Made by a program: the position numbers and the translations under genes. A DNA stretch of 18,414 bases from Halalkalibacterium halodurans (lineage in GTDB: Bacteria; Bacillota; Bacilli; Bacillales; Bacillaceae_D), in assembly GCF_004376175.1 (NCBI RefSeq), contig NZ_SNUY01000075.1, positions 1 to 18,414 on the forward strand, in the 5' to 3' direction. Every line of letters starts with the position of its first letter. Positions within the stretch are counted from its first letter, which is position 1. This document shows, one piece after another, positions 1 through 7,352 of this stretch. The notes under the pieces are model-generated. The model was given only the letters and a program-made list of their open reading frames with translations. It made no database searches and was not told where the DNA came from.

Positions 1-204
1 CTCAATCTCACCAAATAAACTGTCTATTTTTAGAGGCCGTTTATCTTTATAATGGAAGCGTTGCTTATCACGTTGTTGCATAATTTCTTCGTCATATTCC
101 TCTAGTATGCAGGTCATCACACTTGAGAAGGTTTCCTGTAACTTCCTCCAAACTAGCTGTTCAAGTTCTTTTAAAGTTGGGTATTCTGTGTTATTCTTTT
201 GCAT
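1..204 (-). CDS. ISLre2-family (UPF0236-type) transposase, N-terminal 68 codons only; the gene continues beyond the left window edge
   Basis: Absent from the ORF track because the window edge cuts it. The reverse complement of 1-204 reads, from ATG at 202-204, MQKNNTEYPTLKELEQLVWRKLQETFSSVMTCILEEYDEEIMQQRDKQRFHYKDKRPLKIDSLFGEIE with no stop. A GGAGAAA Shine-Dalgarno lies at 209-215 (minus strand). The LEEYDEEI..RDKxRF.YKDKR....D..FGEIE block matches the conserved N-terminus of ISLre2/UPF0236 transposases as I recall it. Confidence 0.7.
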   Translation of the reverse strand, partial: MQKNNTEYPTLKELEQLVWRKLQETFSSVMTCILEEYDEEIMQQRDKQRFHYKDKRPLKIDSLFGEIE

Positions 205-308
205 AGGGTTTCTCCTTTGAATCGGGTTTTTGTCGACTATGATTCTACCAAGGAGAGACCCTTTTTTCATGCATTTTGCTTAAACCCTACCGCGCTTTCG
301 CTTGGTGG

Positions 309-360
309 CCTCCTCATCCAAGTAACGGAAATTTCCATTACTTGGATGAGGAGGTTTTTT
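309..360 (+). terminator. Perfect 17-bp stem-loop followed by a T6 run (terminator-like, plus-strand orientation)
   Basis: CCTCCTCATCCAAGTAA (309-325) pairs perfectly with TTACTTGGATGAGGAGG (338-354) across a 12-nt loop, followed by TTTTTT at 355-360. On the minus strand the hairpin has no U-tract. No plus-strand gene lies upstream, so the function is unresolved (see findings). Confidence 0.5.
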
Positions 361-377
361 CTTCTCCCACAAACATT

Positions 378-536
378 TTACTCATACTCTATCACATGGG
401 CTTTAGGAATGAGTAACGTATGCCCTTCGTGAAAAGGATCATGATCCAAGATGCCACAAACGAGCTGATCCTCGTAGACGACATGGACCGGCCGTTGCTT
501 GTTTGCGAGCATACAGCCGGTACATTTTTTCTTTTT
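378..536 (-). pseudogene. HIT-family (histidine triad) hydrolase remnant; only about the first 45-50 residues remain
   Basis: The minus-strand frame ending at TAA 378-380 reads EKKKKCTGCMLANKQRPVHVVYEDQLVCGILDHDPFHEGHTLLIPKAHVIEYE*. The CxxC...VYEDxxVxxxLDxxPxxxGHTLxIPKxH pattern is the N-terminal half of a HIT protein. The catalytic HxHxHxx histidine triad and about 90 C-terminal residues are absent. This frame is closed upstream by TGA at 540-542, and the only ATG (510-512) lies after the CxxC pair. The track ORF 392..637 is a different frame that overlaps this one. Confidence 0.6.
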
Positions 537-652
537 CTCTCATTTGGTCTGTCACCTTCTCCTGCTCTATTGACATCCGCTTCTGAAATCGGTTCATTAC
601 GTTCATGACGATATTCACTCATTTGTTTCGATTTCACTATAGCCCTCGCCTT

Positions 653-979
653 CTACGGCCTCGGCGCCCACAGCATAATCCCTACGCCCACTAAGCAAAT
701 AACGGCACCGATCCAATCATATGTATCAGGGGCTTTTCCATCTATCCACCAGCCCCATAAAACAGCAAGGAAAATAAAGACTCCACCGTAAGCTGCATAG
801 ACACGTCCGAATGACGGAAATGCTTGAAACGTAGCGATCACACCATAGAGGGCAAGAGCGACCGCGCCAAATAATCCAAGATAGACAGGCTTTCCATCCC
901 GAAGCCAAAGCCATATTAAATATCCACCGCCAATTTCCGCTAACCCAGCTAGCAAGAAAAGCGTTGTGGCCATCACCAT
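653..979 (-). CDS. ynfA: YnfA / UPF0060-family small inner-membrane protein
   Basis: A 108-aa ORF with four hydrophobic helices. It is colinear with E. coli YnfA as recalled, including the [10 protein letters not shown] motif and the DGK...YDWIGA segment. A GGAGGTGG SD at 987-994 lies 7 nt upstream of the ATG at 977-979. Confidence 0.85.
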   Translation of the reverse strand: MVMATTLFLLAGLAEIGGGYLIWLWLRDGKPVYLGLFGAVALALYGVIATFQAFPSFGRVYAAYGGVFIFLAVLWGWWIDGKAPDTYDWIGAVICLVGVGIMLWAPRP

Positions 980-1046
980 TCGATCCCCACCTCCCTTTTA
1001 GCTTCTTCTATGATGATACATGAAGGTAGGCAACGATTCATTCATT

Positions 1047-1589
1047 TTAATCAAGTTTATTTTCATCAATGATCCGTTCATGCTTTTGACCGAAGAGATT
1101 TTGTAAGTGCACATTCCAATGAGACGACTCTTTGTCGAAGGTAATGGATGTTAATAGGGCGCTTTCCTCCTGTTCTGACAACACTCGTTGAATGACTTCC
1201 TTCTCGGACAATTTTGCTCCCTCTGGCTTTTTTTCTTCCAAGACAACCACATCAGCTACCTCCGCTTGTGCTGGATAAGAATAAGCGATCGCCCCCTCAG
1301 CCCAAACAGCAATCCGTTCACCAATTTCAACTTCGATAGGCATATGATAAAAGCGAATCGCATTGTGAAATTCTTCTTTCCCTCCACTGTCGTCAAATCG
1401 TTCAGCTTCTATGCTCACAACGAGCGTCGTCTCTTCATTTACGTCCACAACGTAACCAATAATAGAGGCAGATTCCACGTCCACATCCTCAGCGGCTCCT
1501 TCTGCGTCTACCTCATGATTGCCTGTACCACAGCCACTGATGCCAACAAGAACGATAAAAAACGTAACGCTATAAAATAAGTGCTTCAT
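1047..1589 (-). CDS. Putative lipoprotein of unknown function
   Basis: A 180-aa ORF. The N-terminus MKHLFYSVTFFIVLVGISG-C is a signal peptide with a lipobox cysteine. The mature part is acidic. A GGAGGG SD lies 8 nt upstream of the ATG. I recognise no family with confidence. Confidence 0.7.
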   Translation of the reverse strand: MKHLFYSVTFFIVLVGISGCGTGNHEVDAEGAAEDVDVESASIIGYVVDVNEETTLVVSIEAERFDDSGGKEEFHNAIRFYHMPIEVEIGERIAVWAEGAIAYSYPAQAEVADVVVLEEKKPEGAKLSEKEVIQRVLSEQEESALLTSITFDKESSHWNVHLQNLFGQKHERIIDENKLD

Positions 1590-1729
1590 CTTAAAATCCC
1601 TCCTGTCCCTCTATTAGTAATACGAAATAAAAAGCATCAGGGTTGCAGCTCGTCAAAAGATTTCGAATACATCTTTTACTTTCAAAACAAATACGATTAA
1701 ACTAATAGATGGAAAGGTAGTGATGTAAG

Positions 1730-2302
1730 ATGAAAATTTGTTTATTTTCCGGTTCCTCCCTTGGTCAACACCCGATCTATGCGGAGCAAGTCCGGGCGCT
1801 TGGTGAACAGATCGGTAAACAAGGATGGGAAGTGATCTACGGAGGAGGCAATGCAGGGTTAATGGGTGTCTTAGCTCAATCGGTTTTAGATAACGGCGGG
1901 CGCGTCACCGGAATCATCCCGAAAAAGATTGTCGAAAACGTCCCATCGATCGAATTAAGTGAACTTCTAATCGTAGAGACGATGCATGAACGTAAACAAT
2001 TAATGTATGAGCGGAGCGATGCGTTTGTTACTCTTCCAGGAGGGATCGGGACTTTAGAGGAGCTATTTGAAATTTTTACATGGCAGCAAATTGGCTACCA
2101 TGAAAAGCCTGTTGCTGTTTTTAACATCAATAGGTTCTTCCAGCCATTACTGCAAATGTTAGACCATACAGTAAACGAAGGATTTCTCTCATCTACCTGC
2201 CTCGAGCAGCTTATTGTTGAGGAAGATATGAACATCCTCTTCGATCGTCTTCAATCATTTGAATATCAAACGGTCAACAAGTGGGCCCATACAAAATCAT
2301 AA
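1730..2302 (+). CDS. yvdD: LOG-family protein (TIGR00730 / YvdD-like nucleotide 5'-monophosphate phosphoribohydrolase)
   Basis: A 190-aa ORF carrying the two LOG signatures, YGGGNAGLMG and LPGGIGTLEELFE. It appears colinear with B. subtilis YvdD as recalled. Confidence 0.85.
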   Translation: MKICLFSGSSLGQHPIYAEQVRALGEQIGKQGWEVIYGGGNAGLMGVLAQSVLDNGGRVTGIIPKKIVENVPSIELSELLIVETMHERKQLMYERSDAFVTLPGGIGTLEELFEIFTWQQIGYHEKPVAVFNINRFFQPLLQMLDHTVNEGFLSSTCLEQLIVEEDMNILFDRLQSFEYQTVNKWAHTKS

Positions 2303-2386
2303 CATTGTACTAGCTCCAGCTTTTAAGGAGCGAAGAATCGAAGATCAATATGAAGCACGATTTCGTTGTCGCAAGGAGAAATGTAA

Positions 2387-3295
2387 GTGAATAATGAACA
2401 AACCAACCCATCGATCATCGTCCCACTTGTCCTTTCGATTATCGCCATCTCCTTTGCTGCGATCTTTGTCAAATGGTCTGAGGCACCCGCGACAATTTTA
2501 AGTATGTATCGCATGTATTTTGCCTGCTTTCTGCTAGTACCGATTGTCTGGGGCAAACGAGATGAGTTCAAGCGGTTAACGAAAAATGATTGGCTACTCT
2601 TTTTCGGTGCTGGCCTGTTTCTCGCCCTTCACTTTGCCCTATGGTTCGGTTCGTTGAAGCTTACAACCGTAGCAAGCTCTACGATTATTTTAGCTCTTCA
2701 GCCTATCGTTGCCCTTTCACTAGGTTTTATCTTCTTTAAAGAGCGAGCAAGCCGGCACATTCTCGTGACGATGGCCGTCGCTGTTCTTGGTGCCATCATG
2801 GTTGGATGGGGAGATATCGGATTAAGCCAGCAAGCAATTATCGGCGACCTTCTTTCCTTTTTAAGCGTCATAGCCGTTGTCTGCTATTTAATCATCGGTC
2901 AATCCGTCGTTAAAAAAGTCTCCCATTGGATTTATAGCTTTTCGGTGTTTGCCTTTGCAGCTCTCCTATTAACGATCTATAATTTGATCACAAGCGTTCC
3001 GTTCACTGGCTACGACCTACAAGAATGGGGCATTTTTCTGTTACTTGCGATCGTACCGACCATCGCCCATGTCATTCATAATTGGCTCTTGAACTATGTG
3101 AATGCAACGACGATCTCCATGAGCATTTTGGGTGAGCCGGTAGGAGCGACGGCGCTCGCCATTGTTTTTCTCGGCGAAAGACTCAACGTCTGGCAAGTGA
3201 TCGGAAGCCTGTTCGTTTTAAGCGGTGTGTTTTTCTTCCTGCTTCAGCAACAACATCGCTTGAAGTATGGACAAGACGAAGAGCGAGTTTCATAA
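2387..3295 (+). CDS. EamA/DMT-superfamily transporter
   Basis: A 302-aa ORF with about 10 hydrophobic helices arranged as two similar halves, typical of EamA-domain permeases. GTG start at 2387, 7 nt after GGAGA (2375-2379). Confidence 0.8.
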   Translation: MNNEQTNPSIIVPLVLSIIAISFAAIFVKWSEAPATILSMYRMYFACFLLVPIVWGKRDEFKRLTKNDWLLFFGAGLFLALHFALWFGSLKLTTVASSTIILALQPIVALSLGFIFFKERASRHILVTMAVAVLGAIMVGWGDIGLSQQAIIGDLLSFLSVIAVVCYLIIGQSVVKKVSHWIYSFSVFAFAALLLTIYNLITSVPFTGYDLQEWGIFLLLAIVPTIAHVIHNWLLNYVNATTISMSILGEPVGATALAIVFLGERLNVWQVIGSLFVLSGVFFFLLQQQHRLKYGQDEERVS

Positions 3296-3304
3296 GAATA
3301 GAGA

Positions 3305-3347
3305 GGCTATCTTGGAAGGACATGTGAAGAGACCTTTCAAGATAGCC
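3305..3347. terminator. Hairpin between convergent genes (EamA transporter and NAD(P)H oxidoreductase)
   Basis: GGCTATCTTGGAAGG (3305-3319) pairs with CCTTTCAAGATAGCC (3333-3347) with one G-U position. No clean U-tract on either side. Confidence 0.45.
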
Positions 3348-3364
3348 AAAGAATTTAACCGTTC

Positions 3365-3961
3365 CTACATGGATGCCGGAAATAAACTATGAACTCTCTC
3401 TTCAACTTCCTTTAACATTCCTTTATAGGCTTCTTCATTTAGCGAACCTACACTCCCAAATAGTAAATGGTCTGTTGGTTCAACTCCAACAAATTCAAAA
3501 ATCCCCGTATCAGATGTGATTTTCAAACCGTTTGTCATCCCAATTTCATCATAATATTCCTTTGGATGACCAAATGTGTTGATAATCAGCCCTTTCTTCC
3601 CTGTCAACATTCTTATGACCTCTCCATTTTCACCTATTTCATAAGCGAAACCGTAAGAAAACACTCGGTCAATATACCCTTTAAGGATGGCAGGTAATCC
3701 AGTCCACCAAATAGGATAGATGAAGGTTATGACGTCGGCCTGAGTAATATACTCCTGTTCCGTTTTAATATCTTGAGGAATTTCTCCAGCATTCATCACA
3801 GATATATCCTCCGGTGTAAGTACAGGCTGAAAATGAAGGGCATATAAATCTCGCACAATGACCTCGTGACCATTTTTCTTCAATGCATGCACCGCTGTAT
3901 CCAAGATCGCGTGATTTAAGCTTTCTGGGTGTGGATGAGCGTAAATAATAAGATGGTTCAT
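3365..3961 (-). CDS. NAD(P)H dehydrogenase (quinone) / flavodoxin-like-fold (Flavodoxin_2, NQO-type) oxidoreductase
   Basis: A 198-aa ORF. The N-terminal MNHLIIYAHPHPESLNHA and internal ADVITFIYPIWWTGLPAILKGYIDRV segments are characteristic of the NQO1/MdaB/YwrO-like family. GGGAGG SD upstream of the ATG at 3959-3961. Confidence 0.8.
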   Translation of the reverse strand: MNHLIIYAHPHPESLNHAILDTAVHALKKNGHEVIVRDLYALHFQPVLTPEDISVMNAGEIPQDIKTEQEYITQADVITFIYPIWWTGLPAILKGYIDRVFSYGFAYEIGENGEVIRMLTGKKGLIINTFGHPKEYYDEIGMTNGLKITSDTGIFEFVGVEPTDHLLFGSVGSLNEEAYKGMLKEVEERVHSLFPASM

Positions 3962-4137
3962 TTAACAACCTCCCGAGAGATTATTTTTTAGCTGAATGGG
4001 AACCTACCAATCAATTAATATATATTCTATCCACAAGTGATAAAACCTTCCTCTTCCCATCATGAACAGGGGGTTACAGTCTCGCTCTATAGATCGCAGC
4101 AAGGATTTCTCCACTAGATTCTTTTACGAGAGGCGTC

Positions 4138-5355
4138 TCAAGTATGTTTTGTCTTGTTTGTTCGACTAGATGGAAGCCCAGAAAAAACGGATGGCCTGCG
4201 ATAGAGGAACACGAGCATACTTGAGATCACATATCCTATACCAGAGATAAAATAGACGGTAGCTGGCCCAAATGTATCGGCAAGAAATCCCATCAGCAGG
4301 ATCGAGAGGCAGAACGCGACATAGGAGAGGTTTCCTTTGGCTGCGTATGTTTTCTCAAGCTCGCCAGCCGGTACAACCTCTTGAAAAATGGTTTCTTCTG
4401 TTGTCAATCGCATCACATAAAATGGTCCGATCAAGATGACAAGGATGAGAGCCAAAAGCGGGATCGTATTTAGCCCATACAACAGTGTAAGCACTCCTAC
4501 GCCAAACGAGCCAATAGCAAGGGACGTTAATTTGGATTGATTAACGTAACGACTCAAGAGAGCGATTAGAACTCCGCCGCCTATCGTACCAAGAAAATAG
4601 GCACTGTTAATATATCCCCACCACGTCTCGCCGAGTTCTAAGATTTCCACAACGAATGCGAGTGTAATCCCGCCGATCCAAACGGCGCTCCCTATGCTCT
4701 CGAGCACGTCGATCACCGTAAGAAAACGAATGTCCCGGTGCTTTATTAAGTTTATCCATCCACTAAAAAATCCTTTTAATCCTGAAGTGTTCATCCCGAT
4801 TCGTAAATCGAGATTGATGAGTAGACTAAGAACTGCAGCCACACTTAAAAGAAATCCGCATATTACGAGTAGCAGCATATTTCCAAAGAATGCGATAAGG
4901 ACACCGCCTGCAATCCAGCCGAGGAAGGAAATGATTTCGCCAACTGTTGCAAAGAGACTGTTCATTCGCAACCTCTGTTGTTCCTTAGTGATTGCAGGTA
5001 GAATCGCTCGTTTACTCGGTCCAATCATTCCAGAGAGAAGCCCAATGACAAAGACAGAACTAAGAATCCCCCATTGCTGCTCCCATCCAAAGAAAAGGAA
5101 AACCGAAACGATAAAAACGGTAGCTGCTTGAGTTAACTGTCCAATGAAGAGGATGACGGTTGTTTTTCCGAGTGTGGATGTCACTGGTACAAGAAAAGAG
5201 CCTAGTGTCATCGCTATAAGGCTCACCAATGTAACCAAAGTCGATAACGTGACCGACCGAGTCGCTTCATACAAATAAAACGTAAAAATCATCGTATAAA
5301 AAATCGAACTAAGCTTTTCAAACCCATTGGAAAGAAGCAATAAGCTACCTTTCAT
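4138..5355 (-). CDS. MFS transporter (12 predicted TM segments), substrate unknown
   Basis: A 405-aa highly hydrophobic ORF with two six-helix halves. AGGTG SD 6 nt upstream of the ATG at 5353-5355. Confidence 0.75.
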   Translation of the reverse strand: MKGSLLLLSNGFEKLSSIFYTMIFTFYLYEATRSVTLSTLVTLVSLIAMTLGSFLVPVTSTLGKTTVILFIGQLTQAATVFIVSVFLFFGWEQQWGILSSVFVIGLLSGMIGPSKRAILPAITKEQQRLRMNSLFATVGEIISFLGWIAGGVLIAFFGNMLLLVICGFLLSVAAVLSLLINLDLRIGMNTSGLKGFFSGWINLIKHRDIRFLTVIDVLESIGSAVWIGGITLAFVVEILELGETWWGYINSAYFLGTIGGGVLIALLSRYVNQSKLTSLAIGSFGVGVLTLLYGLNTIPLLALILVILIGPFYVMRLTTEETIFQEVVPAGELEKTYAAKGNLSYVAFCLSILLMGFLADTFGPATVYFISGIGYVISSMLVFLYRRPSVFSGLPSSRTNKTKHT

Positions 5356-5450
5356 AATCTACACCTGCAATCATTTGGAATCTTCTTCTAGATTATCATC
5401 AACCAATCTAGTTAGTAAACTAAATTGTATAGTAAGTATAAAAATAACCT

Positions 5451-5485
5451 AAAAAACACATGTCTTCAACTGACATGTGCTTTTT
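5451..5485. terminator. Bidirectional rho-independent terminator
   Basis: AAAAAA-CACATGTC-ttcaact-GACATGTG-CTTTTT. An 8-bp perfect stem is flanked by an A-run and a T-run, so it has a U-tract in both orientations. It sits directly downstream of the binding-protein remnant on the minus strand. Confidence 0.7.
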
Positions 5486-5491
5486 AACTGT

Positions 5492-6022
5492 TCATTCCGA
5501 TTGCAATTGGCGGACTTTTTCAAACAGATCCTCTCCGATTTGTCGTTCATAGTACTCATAGATCGGGAGAACGGCTTCTTTCCACTGCTGTTTTTCTTCT
5601 GGCGTCAACTCGTATACTTCAATTTGATCACTTTCTTTTAATAATTCATAAATCCCTTCATTCAATTCGTTAACATGGTCCCTAAGCCACATAGTTGTTT
5701 CAGCCATCGCATCTTCAATGGCCGTTTGATACTCAATCGGGAGCTTATCCCAGACCGTTTGATCCATAAGAATCGCATAGCCTAAATAATTATGATTACT
5801 CTTTGTCATATACGCTTGTTGACGGTAAAATTTCTTTGAATAAATGTTAGTAAGCGAGTTTTCCGTTCCATCAATGGCACCTTCACTCAGCCGTTCATAT
5901 ACTTCATTAAAAGCAAAAGGCTTAGGGATGCCGCCGAAATGGTCAAATGTTTTCATCAAGGCTTCGCTTGGCATGACACGCATGCTTAACCCTTCTAAAT
6001 CTTCCGGATGTATTGAAGCGCT
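5492..6022 (-). pseudogene. dctB: C-terminal half of a DctP-family (DctB-like, TRAP-type) C4-dicarboxylate binding protein; N-terminal half deleted
   Basis: Track ORF 5492..5983 starts MRVMPSEALMKTFDHFGGIPKPFAFNEVYERLSEGAIDGTENSLTNIYSKKFY. The same frame stays open upstream to 6031 and reads IHPEDLEGLS before the M. The block DL.GL..RVM......F...G..P.P..F.EVY..L..G.(V/I)DG.EN...NIYS.KFY is the mid-protein signature of DctP-family binding proteins (usually about 330-350 aa). There is no signal peptide or lipobox and no first domain. Confidence 0.75.
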
Positions 6023-7098
6023 TTCTTCCTTTCATCTAATTGAATCAAGCCAGCGATCGTATGCAGCTTATTTGAATATTCATGATTTTGTACGCGTAGG
6101 GCATCGACGAATGCTTGAACGCCTGTTAACTCCTCGGCTAAGCGATCAACGTCTGACTTATCTTGAAAAATCGCAATCGCACCAACCGTCTCGCCGTCAA
6201 TCTGAATCGGAATACGGTTGCTAAAAACGAGTCGACCTTGAATGTAAAACTCCCGCCGGTATAGTGGCTTTCCAATCGAAAGAATTTCCGGCAATTTCGT
6301 ATCAGGAATGACTTCGTGAATGTTACGACCTATCGCCTTCTCTTTTACCCCGAGCATTCGTCTCGCTGCTTCGTTCATAATCGTAATTTTCTCGTGCTTG
6401 TTAATGGCGACAACCCCTTCATGAATTGCGTTGAAAGACGCGTCCCGTTCCACAAGCAAGTGGGCCAATTCATCAGGTTCCATATTAAAGGTTTGGCGTT
6501 TAATATGACTAGCGAGCAGCCAGGATCCCTAAAAACCGAAGAGAGCGGTAATTAGTCCAATCAACAAGGCCGGTTGCCAAAACTCTTGGATCATATCGGC
6601 ATAGGAAGGCAACACACTGCCAACAACGGCCACTCCAACTTGCTCTCTTTGCTGATTCAAGATCGGCATAAAGGCGCGAACCGTAACGACACCTTCTGTC
6701 TTTGCTTTCGACAAATAAATATGTTCGGCAAACGCCGGATCTTCATCCCCGCCAACAAAAGGTGTCTGCAAACGTTCAGGAATCGGATGAGTGATCCGAA
6801 TCCGATCCATATTAAGCAAAACAATGTAATCATGATCATTGATGACCCGGATTCGTTCCACAATCGGCTGCAACGTTCTAGAAGCTTCCTCTGGTTTAGC
6901 ATCTACCCATTGTTGCACCGTATGGTTTTGTGCAACTAGCTGCGCGGTAATCATCGTGCGATTGGAGAGCTCGTCTTCCTTTATAGAGGTTACATATCCA
7001 AGGAGGCTTATACTAACCATCATTAACGCAAAGGCGACAATCCCAAAAGATAGGATGGTTATTTTCCACTGGATCGATAATTGTCGAAACAGACGCAC
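5995..7098 (-). pseudogene. dctS: DctS/CitS/DcuS-family sensor histidine kinase remnant: in-frame TAG at 6529-6531 and no catalytic ATPase domain
   Basis: Track ORFs 6529..7098 and 5995..6483 are in one frame. The first encodes TM1, an extracytoplasmic PAS-like sensor (AFAEHIYLSKAKTEG..VRAF.P) and TM2. The 45 nt after the TAG read GSWLLASHIKRQTFN, the expected juxtamembrane linker. The second encodes a cytoplasmic PAS domain plus LAEELTGVQAFVDALRVQNHEYSNKLHTIAGLIQLDERKKALQYI, the phospho-acceptor His region of DctS as recalled from B. subtilis. The frame stops at 5995-5997 before any N/G1/G2 ATP-binding boxes. GTG start at 7096-7098 with a GGGAGAGAG SD. Confidence 0.8.
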
Positions 7099-7181
7099 GT
7101 CGGCTCTCTCCCTACTGTATCGCTTTCTTATTACTATACCATAAAGAATGATTCTTTTATCCTACGGCTGCACACTAAAGT

Positions 7182-7212
7182 AAAAAAGCCTTGAGCTTGA
7201 GCTCAAAGCTTA
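7182..7212 (-). terminator. Rho-independent terminator downstream of tRNA-Arg
   Basis: Minus strand: AAGCTTTGAGC-tcaa-GCTCAAGGCTT followed by TTTTTT. An 11-bp stem with one G-U pair, 16 nt downstream of the tRNA 3' end. Confidence 0.75.
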
Positions 7213-7227
7213 ACAATTCATTATGTA

Positions 7228-7302
7228 TGGCGCGCCTAGCAGGATTCGAACCCACAACGCGAGAACCGGAATCTCGTGTGATATCCCTTTCACCATAGGC
7301 GC
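7228..7302 (-). tRNA. tRNA-Arg (anticodon CCG), CCA-encoded, 75 nt
   Basis: Hand-folded from the minus strand. Acceptor stem GCGCCTA/TAGGCGC. D arm GTGA-AAGGGATA-TCAC. Anticodon arm CGAGA-TTCCGGT-TCTCG with U33 and anticodon CCG. Variable region CGTT. T arm GTGGG-TTCGAAT-CCTGC. Discriminator G, then CCA at 7228-7230. Confidence 0.85.
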
Positions 7303-7323
7303 ACGTATTGAACGACATATATT

Positions 7324-7352
7324 AATATAAAGGATAAGGGAGAACTTGTCAA
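7324..7352 (-). promoter_or_regulatory. SigA-type promoter for the lone tRNA-Arg
   Basis: Minus strand: TTGACA (7347-7352), exact 17-nt spacer, TATATT (7324-7329). The -10 ends 21 nt upstream of the mature tRNA 5' end. Confidence 0.6.

Noticed and set aside
420-608. 62-aa plus-strand ORF
   Set aside because: It is antisense to the HIT remnant, has no SD and resembles no family. It is a shadow ORF.
392-637. 81-aa track ORF (MKSKQMSEYRHERNEPISEADVNRAGEGDRPNERKRKN...) as a real gene
   Set aside because: Its C-terminal half is the out-of-frame shadow of the HIT-family remnant, whose recognisable motifs are in a different frame. The N-terminal half is low-complexity and has no convincing SD. It is treated as part of a frameshifted pseudogene region.
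4694-5131. Long antisense ORFs inside well-supported genes (4694..5131, and also 1188..1580, 6574..6939, 6839..7144, 12895..13218, 14248..14640, 15125..15562, 17007..17468)
   Set aside because: Each lies entirely opposite a CDS with clear family signatures. None has an SD, and their compositions (Arg/Ser/Cys-rich) are typical of shadow frames.
6523-6531. A BamHI site (GGATCC, 6523-6528) directly abutting the in-frame TAG, which raised the idea of an engineered disruption
   Set aside because: No vector, cassette or scar sequence flanks it, the reading frame continues seamlessly on both sides, and a single 6-mer is expected by chance several times in 18 kb.
6529-6531. The TAG as a recoded codon (pyrrolysine or programmed read-through)
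   Set aside because: There is no pyl gene context in the window and no known use of this recoding in Bacillaceae. The gene is independently destroyed by the downstream deletion, so a plain nonsense mutation is more parsimonious.
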